Shown one piece after another: positions 38,310 to 45,416 of a stretch of DNA of 64,000 nucleotides. Numbering within the stretch: position 1 is the stretch's first letter; each line of letters begins with the position of its first letter. Under the pieces are notes generated by a model, which was not told where the DNA came from, ran no database searches, and was given only the letters and a program-made list of their open reading frames with translations. Both the position numbers and the translations under genes were made by a program. This DNA comes from a virus: positions 134,627-198,626 of IMG/VR virus record IMGVR_UViG_3300042562_002450. One strand, given 5' to 3'.

Positions 38310-39074
38310 TTAATTATGCATTTGCTCAGCCATGTTACTTCCAGATCCATGTAAATTCTGAATCTGTCTCTGCATCGCCATTGAACTATTCTGTGTCATA
38401 TTAAACTTAGGACCATTCTTTCTATTATCATATTCTTGATCTGCGTAATCCATAAACTTCATAGCTTGAGTACCAGCATCAATTCCAAGGAATCCACCTG
38501 CAATGTTGAATGCAGTAATACCACCAGCAATAACTGCACCAGCAGGACCAAGAGTTAAAGCAGCAACCGTACCTATCCCTGTCAATACAGCATCAGAAGC
38601 TATATCTGCAGCAAGACCAACAGCGTTCTTTGCATAGTGATGCATCCTATCGCCAGCATCAACTGCATCTCCAGGATCAGAAGCATAAGCCATAAGCCCA
38701 TACATTCCCATACTTATTCCAGTTCCTACTCCAAAGCCTTTCAGCTGACTTAGTGATTCTTTTTTAAATCTAAGTGTCGAACTATGTTCCCCTCGAATAT
38801 CATTAAATTTTGCATCAGATAGATCTCCAACCTGAGAAGCAGGACGAACATTACCATGCTTGCCTCTTGGGTGTTTGGGAGCCTCATTCATACCTTGATT
38901 ATATTGACTGGTTCTAATACCATCCATAAATGTATCTGAAGACCTGCGTACAAAATCAGCTCCAGCACGGATATTCTCTGATGCAAAATCAACTGCACCA
39001 TTTTTTAATTGCCAAGCAAGATTACCTACTAGCTTTTTTGCAATCCCTGCTTTAGTTCCAAAACCATGTGGCAT
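38310..39074 (-). CDS. Gly/Ala-rich protein with hydrophobic segments (possible internal/ejected virion protein)
   Basis: Composition resembles segments of the tape-measure-like protein. Confidence 0.4.
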   Translation of the reverse strand: MPHGFGTKAGIAKKLVGNLAWQLKNGAVDFASENIRAGADFVRRSSDTFMDGIRTSQYNQGMNEAPKHPRGKHGNVRPASQVGDLSDAKFNDIRGEHSSTLRFKKESLSQLKGFGVGTGISMGMYGLMAYASDPGDAVDAGDRMHHYAKNAVGLAADIASDAVLTGIGTVAALTLGPAGAVIAGGITAFNIAGGFLGIDAGTQAMKFMDYADQEYDNRKNGPKFNMTQNSSMAMQRQIQNLHGSGSNMAEQMHN

Positions 39075-39082
39075 ATTACTCC

Positions 39083-39757
39083 TTAATCATCATCAAAAGG
39101 ATTTAAGAAATCAACTAACATACTACCACCAACAACATAAGCTCCAAGCTTAGCTCCACCCATCGCTTTACTTCCCCCTCCGAATTCATCAAGGAAGTCT
39201 CCACCTATTTTGCTAAATTTGTTATCTGCCTTAAATGCTTCAATAGCTGCCTTATTTGCACCTTCTTTTGTCATCTTCGCTATTGTATCTTCTTGGTTAA
39301 GCGCGTCGCTCATTCTACCAAGACTATTTCTTATTGTTTGTCCGTCTTTTTTAAAAGCTCCGCTAATGCCAGAAAAGAATCCTTCATCAGCAGTAGCAGC
39401 AGCTGCAGCTTTCTTACTTTCTTCTCCAATTCCACCAATTTTTGTCTTTACATCAGGAGCTGCACTAACAGTGTCATGTGCTTCTCGAGCATCAGACATT
39501 TGTTTGCTTTTTGCTGCTAAGTTTGTTTTGTATTGCTCAGTTGATACTCCATTGTTAGATGCATCAAAAGCCCTATCAAAGGCTCCTTGCTGAAGAAGAT
39601 CAGGCTTAGCGCGAGATTTTGATGGAATAAAAGTTGAATCTCTAAAAGGATTTGGTTGGCTGGTGCTAGGAGAAACCGGGTTGTTAACATCAAGAGTCGA
39701 GGCTTGTTTGCCTCCAGCTTTTCGTTTCTTATTCTTTTCTTGGCTTGCCTTACTCAT
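39083..39757 (-). CDS. Ala/Lys-rich protein with C-terminal hydrophobic helix (possible internal virion protein)
   Basis: Low-complexity body ending GAKLGAYVVGGSMLVDFLNPFDDD. Confidence 0.4.
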   Translation of the reverse strand: MSKASQEKNKKRKAGGKQASTLDVNNPVSPSTSQPNPFRDSTFIPSKSRAKPDLLQQGAFDRAFDASNNGVSTEQYKTNLAAKSKQMSDAREAHDTVSAAPDVKTKIGGIGEESKKAAAAATADEGFFSGISGAFKKDGQTIRNSLGRMSDALNQEDTIAKMTKEGANKAAIEAFKADNKFSKIGGDFLDEFGGGSKAMGGAKLGAYVVGGSMLVDFLNPFDDD

Positions 39758-39758
39758 A

Positions 39759-40580
39759 TCATCCCTCTGATATATCTACTATTGTAAACTTTTCTATTTT
39801 AGACTTAATGGATGCTGCACTACCACTAACAGTGAACTCTCCCTTGAATCCAGTGTCCACTCCCTGCTTATCTTTACGCGTTGCGCCTAATGATTCTAGA
39901 AGTTTAACTCTCCATTTCCATGCTCTTTCGATAATAGCATATCCTGGGTGTTCTTGATATTGCGTAATCGGATCTTCGTCTGCTGTATATCCTACTACAT
40001 TTTTTATGATACCTGAAGGGGAATTCGTTTCTTCATCCTTACCGATAGCCATGAAACCTCTCATCTCCATAATGTGAGTAGCGGCTAACATAGTCATTGT
40101 AGTTACCTCCGAGAAGTTGTCCGACTCTACGTCGAACTCGTCGAGATAACGCTTTGTGTAGAGATCTAATACCATAGCCTCAATTGGACAGGCTTCCCCT
40201 ACGGGCGCCTTCCCTATCTGATATAAAGGACATGATGCATTGAATGGGCATTTTTCCCCATAGCATTTCACTGGCATCGAGGCTGTTAATCCTGTCAACT
40301 TCCTCTGTACTCCCTTTACGATCATTACTTTATCTTCTTCTGTCAGCTCCATCTCTGCTGGTAGATAATTAGCAATCATAGGAAATAAAGCACCTCTAAA
40401 GTATTTGTCATCTACTAATGATTTGCTCTGATCTGAAAGTACCGTTAAAGCTGAAGTAAAGTCTTGCGTCCCGGCTTGCGGTTCTAACGCGACCTCTGTC
40501 TTTAGAATTAATCTGTCGATTTCTTCTTTTGACTTATATGCATCTTTGCGAATCTGGTTTGGTAATGTCTTATAACCCAT
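39759..40580 (-). CDS. Probable terminase small subunit
   Basis: First gene of the packaging arm; C-x(4)-C-x(5)-C-x(13)-C cluster; C-terminal LLESLGATRKDK resembles P27-type TerS; start set at ATG 40580 (RBS and late motif upstream). Confidence 0.5.
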   Translation of the reverse strand: MGYKTLPNQIRKDAYKSKEEIDRLILKTEVALEPQAGTQDFTSALTVLSDQSKSLVDDKYFRGALFPMIANYLPAEMELTEEDKVMIVKGVQRKLTGLTASMPVKCYGEKCPFNASCPLYQIGKAPVGEACPIEAMVLDLYTKRYLDEFDVESDNFSEVTTMTMLAATHIMEMRGFMAIGKDEETNSPSGIIKNVVGYTADEDPITQYQEHPGYAIIERAWKWRVKLLESLGATRKDKQGVDTGFKGEFTVSGSAASIKSKIEKFTIVDISEG

Positions 40581-40597
40581 CTCGTTATCCTTATGTA

Positions 40598-40611
40598 TTA
40601 TAAAGTATATC
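40598..40611 (-). promoter_or_regulatory. Candidate late promoter GATATACTTTATAA (includes extended -10 TGATATACT)
   Basis: Identical to 35698-35711, with the same 18-nt distance to ATG. Confidence 0.55.
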
Positions 40612-40639
40612 ATAAATAGTATTTGACAGAAGATCAAGT

Positions 40640-41140
40640 ATTTACCTTTTTTAGGGGTATTTAAAATATGTTTATTTTAGTCAAAAACGGTTGCGAATCG
40701 ACTGTTTCTGTTCGAAAGCTGAAAGAAACTGAAGAGAACTGAAAAGAAAAATGAAATTACGAATCAAAAAAATGAAAAAATGAAAAAAAATAGAGTTCTC
40801 CCTAAAGGGAGAATTAAGATATTTTATAAGATATTGGAATAATTAAGGTCTGGGAAAAAAGACCTAGGTAAGCGCTAATTGCAACATGCGACTGCAGTTA
40901 CCCTAAATGGGTAAAGATTTGGCTGAGTATGCTTGCGACTGCATGACTCTCCGCGCCGATGACACCCCCCCCGTAAATGAAAAATAAAAAAACAAAAATT
41001 GGGAATTCGCAATTTGCAAAATAAAAAATAAAAAAGCGTTAAGGGGGTGGGGGTCAAAAAAAACTAAAAAAAATAAAATGGGAATTCGAAAAAGCGAAAA
41101 TGTTTTCGTGTAGTCCTAGATTGATTGATCAAATAGATCT
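40640..41140. other. Divergent non-coding control region; candidate genome terminus or packaging site
   Basis: Transcription direction switches here; phased A-tracts, TGCGACTGCA direct repeat, C8/G5TG5 inverted arms, GGGAATTCG twice. Confidence 0.45.
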
Positions 41141-41193
41141 CACCTCTAACAATTTCGTTCGAGGTACCGGGGTCTATATATAAAGGAATTTTT

Positions 41194-41391
41194 ATGAAAG
41201 AAATTACTGTTGAAGAATGCATTGCTTTAGTGTCTTCAGTCCTTGGTGTAGAGAAAGCAAATAGCTATAGCAACTACATTGCAGAATTGCAAGATGTTAC
41301 TGTTGCTGTTTCGTCGTATGGTCTTATCTGTGTTCTATATACAGATGATGGTGGTAATTCCTCTGACTTTGAGATTCATCTCATTGCTTAG
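41194..41391 (+). CDS. Early hypothetical protein
   Basis: AAAGGAATTTTT-ATG RBS; 65 aa. Confidence 0.75.
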   Translation: MKEITVEECIALVSSVLGVEKANSYSNYIAELQDVTVAVSSYGLICVLYTDDGGNSSDFEIHLIA

Positions 41392-41459
41392 GGTCTTGCT
41401 TGCTTGTTTCTTACCTATGTGCAATTTCGCATATAGGTACACATATCAAAGGAATTTTT

Positions 41460-41642
41460 ATGAAACAGTTTAGATTAGATTCAATTGACCTTTCTCAACC
41501 TGCTAGTCTTCCATCATTTCCTAAAACAAAAAGGAAATACAGACTTCAAGCTTTTGATAAGAAAGCTAACAAAGAAGTGGAGGAGCACTCTGATCCCTTC
41601 CGTCCTAGAGATACAAGCGTACCTTTGAAGAAGGCTGCTTAG
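41460..41642 (+). CDS. Early hypothetical protein (ends KKAA)
   Basis: Same AAAGGAATTTTT-ATG RBS; start reset from the track's 41400. Confidence 0.75.
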   Translation: MKQFRLDSIDLSQPASLPSFPKTKRKYRLQAFDKKANKEVEEHSDPFRPRDTSVPLKKAA

Positions 41643-41709
41643 TATACATACACCTATATACATATCGTATATAGGTACACATCCACTACATATAACAATG
41701 AGGTATCTA

Positions 41710-41913
41710 ATGACTACTATCAATTACTCTATCACTGTATCTGATGCGCTATCTACACCGCATGCCATTGCCTCTATACATAAGACTAATGGGCACTACC
41801 TACACCTAGTACTAGACAATGGTAAGGACATTACTATTGATGAGTACGATATACCAACACATGACCTTATCCCTACTGAAGATATGTACATAGTACGTAT
41901 CGCTAAGGGGTAA
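41710..41913 (+). CDS. Early hypothetical protein, paralog of 44478..44696
   Basis: GAGG RBS; MTTINYSITVSD versus MTTLNYSITVLD. Confidence 0.75.
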   Translation: MTTINYSITVSDALSTPHAIASIHKTNGHYLHLVLDNGKDITIDEYDIPTHDLIPTEDMYIVRIAKG

Positions 41914-41970
41914 TACATACAAACATAAATACATACAATTTCGTATGTATATATAACCTTAGGAGGTTAT

Positions 41971-42147
41971 ATGTCTTATTCTCTAACTGATGCTATGGCA
42001 TCACTGGAAAACACTTACGAGTACGCATTGCGTGCTCAAGAGTGTGACTACAACGATGAGCATGAAGCTTATCACAAAGCTGCTATTAAGGCGGCGCTAG
42101 AGGCTATCCATGCTCAAGCAGCACTGGAGGCTTCTGATAAGGAGTAA
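41971..42147 (+). CDS. Early hypothetical protein (58 aa, not in ORF track)
   Basis: AGGAGG RBS; MSYSLTDAMASLENTYEYALRAQECDYNDEHEAYHKAAIKAALEAIHAQAALEASDKE. Confidence 0.75.
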   Translation: MSYSLTDAMASLENTYEYALRAQECDYNDEHEAYHKAAIKAALEAIHAQAALEASDKE

Positions 42148-42150
42148 TCC

Positions 42151-42214
42151 TTATTACCTTAATGCAGCCTATGCCGGTCACAAGCCCGGATGAAAAATGC
42201 AGAGTGAGGGATAA
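42151..42214 (+). ncRNA. Twister ribozyme, type P1
   Basis: CCU-UAA-UGCA-GCC-UAU-GCCGG-UCACAAGC-CCGG-AUGAAAAA-UGCA-GAGUG-AGG: P1 CCU/AGG, P2 UGCA/UGCA, P4 CCGG/CCGG, T1 pseudoknot CAC/GUG; predicted cleavage U42160/A42161. Confidence 0.9.
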
Positions 42215-42306
42215 AACATAAGCATGGATTTAAGCTTATGCCCAAAATATAAAACCTCTACATGTATAGTTGGACTATATGTGTATACAAGGAAAAGGAG
42301 CACACC

Positions 42307-42492
42307 ATGAAACGTGATGCAACTGTTCATTCCCAAGCTCGCAAGGCTTGGCGTGAACACAAGCGGTTACGTCGTGATAAAGCTAAGTCCTATTCAAGTG
42401 AACGCTTGATAGGCTGGCGAAATCGCGAATGGGTTAAGGCTCAGCGTAAGTACAATGAAGTACTTGCCTGGTCTGACAACCAAGCCGCGTAG
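42307..42492 (+). CDS. Early basic hypothetical protein (ends QAA)
   Basis: AAGGAG RBS before ATG 42307. Confidence 0.75.
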   Translation: MKRDATVHSQARKAWREHKRLRRDKAKSYSSERLIGWRNREWVKAQRKYNEVLAWSDNQAA

Positions 42493-42660
42493 TACCTAAC
42501 GGTACTGCAACATATCCTGAAACGATAGGGATATGAAATATACCTCCCACTGTAATGGTGGGATGTATATAAAACTTATATAGGTATTACTTATATTGGT
42601 TCTATATACATTGTGTATAAACTACATATTTTATGTAGTTATTTTAGATAAAGGAATTTT

Positions 42661-42912
42661 GTGAAAATAACAATTAACATGTTTTGTGATCGTCTTCTTG
42701 GAGACAACAAAATGGAAGTGCTAATGGTAGCAATTCATGCACGTAAGCTTGATCCCTCTATTAGATTAGAGACAGTTCAGGCTATATATGATGTCAAGTT
42801 TACACTTGATTCATGCATCATGTTTTCTACTGGTAGTGAAGAAGATAAGCAGATTATCGCTAGATTAACTAGTGAGTATGAGTCTCTACTATCACAAGGC
42901 ATGATTCTTTAG
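42661..42912 (+). CDS. Early hypothetical protein
   Basis: AAAGGAATTTT-GTG RBS. Confidence 0.75.
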   Translation: MKITINMFCDRLLGDNKMEVLMVAIHARKLDPSIRLETVQAIYDVKFTLDSCIMFSTGSEEDKQIIARLTSEYESLLSQGMIL

Positions 42913-42925
42913 TAGTAAACGATTA

Positions 42926-42989
42926 AGGCCGAAACGCAGTTACTAAGTAACGTAAGTCGTATATGTGTAATGCACATACTGATGAGGCT
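42926..42989 (+). ncRNA. Hammerhead ribozyme, type II (copy 1)
   Basis: GCC-GAAAC-stem III-GUA(42961)-UAUGUG/CACAUA stem I-CUGAUGA-GGC. Confidence 0.88.
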
Positions 42990-43021
42990 GTATCTAATAA
43001 TCAAATATCCTAGGAGGATAT

Positions 43022-43183
43022 ATGAATGACATAGATAAATGTTTTGAATTGATGGAGGCTTACATTCGAGCAGATGAACGTAATCATAATGGCGAATATT
43101 ATGAGGTATCTCTTAGTGATAAGGAAATCGCTATTGCTGCTGATCTTGATCTCGCTAACTGGATCGAAGACCTAGTTGCTTAA
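43022..43183 (+). CDS. Early acidic hypothetical protein (53 aa, not in ORF track)
   Basis: AGGAGG RBS; MNDIDKCFELMEAYIRADERNHNGEYYEVSLSDKEIAIAADLDLANWIEDLVA. Confidence 0.75.
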   Translation: MNDIDKCFELMEAYIRADERNHNGEYYEVSLSDKEIAIAADLDLANWIEDLVA

Positions 43184-43184
43184 A

Positions 43185-43247
43185 AGCCGAAACGTCTTAT
43201 CTACTGATAGATAAGAGTCTATGTGTAATGCACATACTGATGAGGCT
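43185..43247 (+). ncRNA. Hammerhead ribozyme, type II (copy 2)
   Basis: AGCC-GAAAC-G-UCUUAUCUA/UAGAUAAGA stem III-GUC(43219)-UAUGUG/CACAUA-CUGAUGA-GGCU. Confidence 0.92.
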
Positions 43248-43262
43248 AATCTTATTAGGTAA

Positions 43263-43484
43263 TTGGAGGTTCTTTTGAAAAAGCACACTTCTCCTTCTGA
43301 TCTCTATGAGATCAAAATGTCTGCTCTGCACGGGGCAGCCATGGACTTGATTGAGTTGGAGTTAAATCAGCCCATTTACTGGGTTGATTCTGCTCTTGCT
43401 TCCCTTGCTCTTGACCTTGCCACTGAGGAGTTAGCTAATGCTGAACTTCTTTTGGATATCTGGTTGAGTACAACAGAAAACTAA
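43263..43484 (+). CDS. Early acidic hypothetical protein
   Basis: ORF filling the space between hammerheads 2 and 3; start may be TTG 43275 after GGAGG. Confidence 0.65.
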   Translation: MEVLLKKHTSPSDLYEIKMSALHGAAMDLIELELNQPIYWVDSALASLALDLATEELANAELLLDIWLSTTEN

Positions 43485-43485
43485 A

Positions 43486-43551
43486 AGCCGAAACGCTTTC
43501 ACTTAACAGTGATGTAAGCCGTCTATGTGTATTACACATACTGATGAGGCT
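43486..43551 (+). ncRNA. Hammerhead ribozyme, type II (copy 3)
   Basis: AGCC-GAAAC-bulged stem III (UCACU/AGUGA)-GUC(43523)-UAUGUG/CACAUA-CUGAUGA-GGCU. Confidence 0.92.
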
Positions 43552-43608
43552 GTTCTTAATTAATCCCTAAACATTCACTTATACATATGAACTAACTAAG
43601 GAGTCTTT

Positions 43609-43899
43609 ATGTTAGTAAACATTCGTCGTATATCGAATCATGCAACTGAACGTCTTGTAGAGACATATAGAGTTGCCCCTAAGATTCAAAAGATTATTGC
43701 TTTAGTTGTTTCACAAGCAGCTAAAAATGTAATCGAGTATGGCCGTGATAATGCTGTATTCGTTATTAACCCTAATGAAGGGGCTTATGTGGTTAAAGGT
43801 GACACTGTTGTTACTTTTATTCATAAGTCTCGTATTGGTGAGTTCGGTAACTGCCAACGTGCTTATGATCATTATAAATCTACTGGTAAAGCAGCTTAA
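43609..43899 (+). CDS. Early protein with possible BECR-type RNase fold (DUF4258-like); ends KAA
   Basis: ISNHATERL near the N-terminus and YVVKGDTVVTFI near the C-terminus. Confidence 0.4.
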   Translation: MLVNIRRISNHATERLVETYRVAPKIQKIIALVVSQAAKNVIEYGRDNAVFVINPNEGAYVVKGDTVVTFIHKSRIGEFGNCQRAYDHYKSTGKAA

Positions 43900-43914
43900 A
43901 CAAAAGGAGTACCT

Positions 43915-44238
43915 ATGAATACAAAGACACTTTTTCGTATGCACAGAAGAAATCAATTAGAGAAAGGTATCTGGAAAGATGCTAATCCCTTACTGGAAAT
44001 GGAACTATCTTCCCAATATGGTGTTGGTGGAGCAGAAGGCTTAGAGGAAGATGACTATTTCGCTATGCCTTCTATGGATTCTTTCCTATCAAGTGATTTG
44101 GAAATTCTTAAGAAATACAATTATGTAATTTCTAAAATTGAAGTTGTTGCTTGGGGTGAAGTATTGAATCACGACGGAAGTGTTATTGAGTGTGTATTTA
44201 AAATTTCGGATGTCGTAAAGGCTGAAGAATTATATTAA
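43915..44238 (+). CDS. Early hypothetical protein
   Basis: AAGGAG RBS. Confidence 0.75.
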   Translation: MNTKTLFRMHRRNQLEKGIWKDANPLLEMELSSQYGVGGAEGLEEDDYFAMPSMDSFLSSDLEILKKYNYVISKIEVVAWGEVLNHDGSVIECVFKISDVVKAEELY

Positions 44239-44254
44239 TCAACAAGGAGTTACT

Positions 44255-44473
44255 ATGAAAGCGATTCTATCTAAAGAGATTAAAGATCTAGGTGTCACTG
44301 AGTCTGATGTTAAGCATATGATGAAAGCATGTAATGTTGTTCGTCATACTGACTATGAACCTAGTCTTGGTGATCTTAGGGATCTATTGGCTAATGCTTA
44401 TGAAGAAGAAAAGAAACGTAAACGTATTGTTCTGTCTTGGGCTGACTTATTAACTAGAATTAACAAAGGGTAA
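44255..44473 (+). CDS. Early hypothetical protein
   Basis: AAGGAG RBS. Confidence 0.75.
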   Translation: MKAILSKEIKDLGVTESDVKHMMKACNVVRHTDYEPSLGDLRDLLANAYEEEKKRKRIVLSWADLLTRINKG

Positions 44474-44477
44474 TCAA

Positions 44478-44696
44478 ATGACAACATTAAACTACAGCAT
44501 CACTGTCCTCGATTCTTGTCATCATCAAGTAAAAATCGTAGCAGTTAAAAGAAAGAAAGGTTGTGAGACTGAATACACATTAGAGAATGGATTATTTCTA
44601 TGTGTATCTGATTCATACATAACCAGTGGTGAAGAATTAATCCCAGTATCTGTTGGTAATAATGAACTGTATCTACATGTATCTAAGGTTGCTTAG
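44478..44696 (+). CDS. Early hypothetical protein, paralog of 41710..41913
   Basis: Shared N-terminus. Confidence 0.75.
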   Translation: MTTLNYSITVLDSCHHQVKIVAVKRKKGCETEYTLENGLFLCVSDSYITSGEELIPVSVGNNELYLHVSKVA

Positions 44697-44752
44697 TATC
44701 TCACTATAGAGCTTAACAATATCGTTAGGTTCTACAAATTAAGGAGTATCCA

Positions 44753-44962
44753 ATGGCCTATTTCTCTAATGATTTATCTGTTCGTAAACTTCAGTATCAA
44801 GAGTTACTTATCAAAGAAGGAGACTATACCTTTAATGAAGTAAAGGATATGTCCCTCAGAGATTTGCGCGCTGCTGTTGATGAGGTTCTATGTGTATCTA
44901 TCACAGAGCTAGTTGTTACTGCTGCTGGTGGTGTCTCTAGACGTACTAGAAAGATTGCTTAA
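44753..44962 (+). CDS. Early hypothetical protein
   Basis: AAGGAG RBS. Confidence 0.75.
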   Translation: MAYFSNDLSVRKLQYQELLIKEGDYTFNEVKDMSLRDLRAAVDEVLCVSITELVVTAAGGVSRRTRKIA

Positions 44963-45018
44963 TTAATCACTAAAGGGCCTAGTAATATAGCTAGGCTCTA
45001 TAAAATAAAGGAGTCTCT

Positions 45019-45114
45019 ATGAGAATACTAACTATGAAAATTACCAAATTTAAAGATCAGACTTGGTATGACTTTTATTACAGAGGCAAGCACTTGCTTT
45101 GGATATCTCTATAG
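45019..45114 (+). CDS. Early small protein (31 aa, not in ORF track)
   Basis: AAGGAG RBS after a stem-loop. Confidence 0.5.
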   Translation: MRILTMKITKFKDQTWYDFYYRGKHLLWISL

Positions 45115-45161
45115 ACTAACCATACTTGAGGCTAAATGTTTGAAACAACAAAGGAGTATCT

Positions 45162-45338
45162 ATGAAAGCATTACTTGGTATCTTACTTATGACTTATTTC
45201 TTTGTACTAATGGCTGAAGCAGCTCTTACCGTTGATAAGTTTGGAACACTTGCCGATGTTGCCTCTAAGAATCAAAGAGCTATTAATAAATTACATGGTA
45301 GAAGTCCTGCTGTTGCTTATAACAAGGGAGATCTATGA
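45162..45338 (+). CDS. Small protein with signal peptide/TM helix (58 aa, not in ORF track)
   Basis: AAGGAG RBS; MKALLGILLMTYFFVLMAEAA... Confidence 0.6.
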   Translation: MKALLGILLMTYFFVLMAEAALTVDKFGTLADVASKNQRAINKLHGRSPAVAYNKGDL

Positions 45339-45416
45339 GATTAGTTGTATTGTTGATTGTTGTTCGTATCGCCTTTTCTGTTGTCACTTCACTATAAACA
45401 ATTCAAAGGAGTATCT

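Larger units (their letters stand above)
41142..41950 (+). repeat. Four intergenic stem-loops, subfamily A (41142-41165, 41413-41438, 41652-41676, 41929-41950)
   Basis: 8-10 bp stems with differing but complementary sequence; loop C-AATTTC-G three times and C-ATATC-G once; each just upstream of an RBS. Confidence 0.85.

Noticed and set aside
2010-39593. Plus-strand ORFs in the left arm (e.g. 2010, 2571, 9956, 14560, 33021, 36648, 39210)
   Set aside because: They are antisense shadows of long minus-strand genes and lack RBSs.
40961-41100. G-quadruplex at the G-rich arm
   Set aside because: Only two close G5 tracts; the other GGG runs are too distant. Pairing with the C8 arm explains it better.
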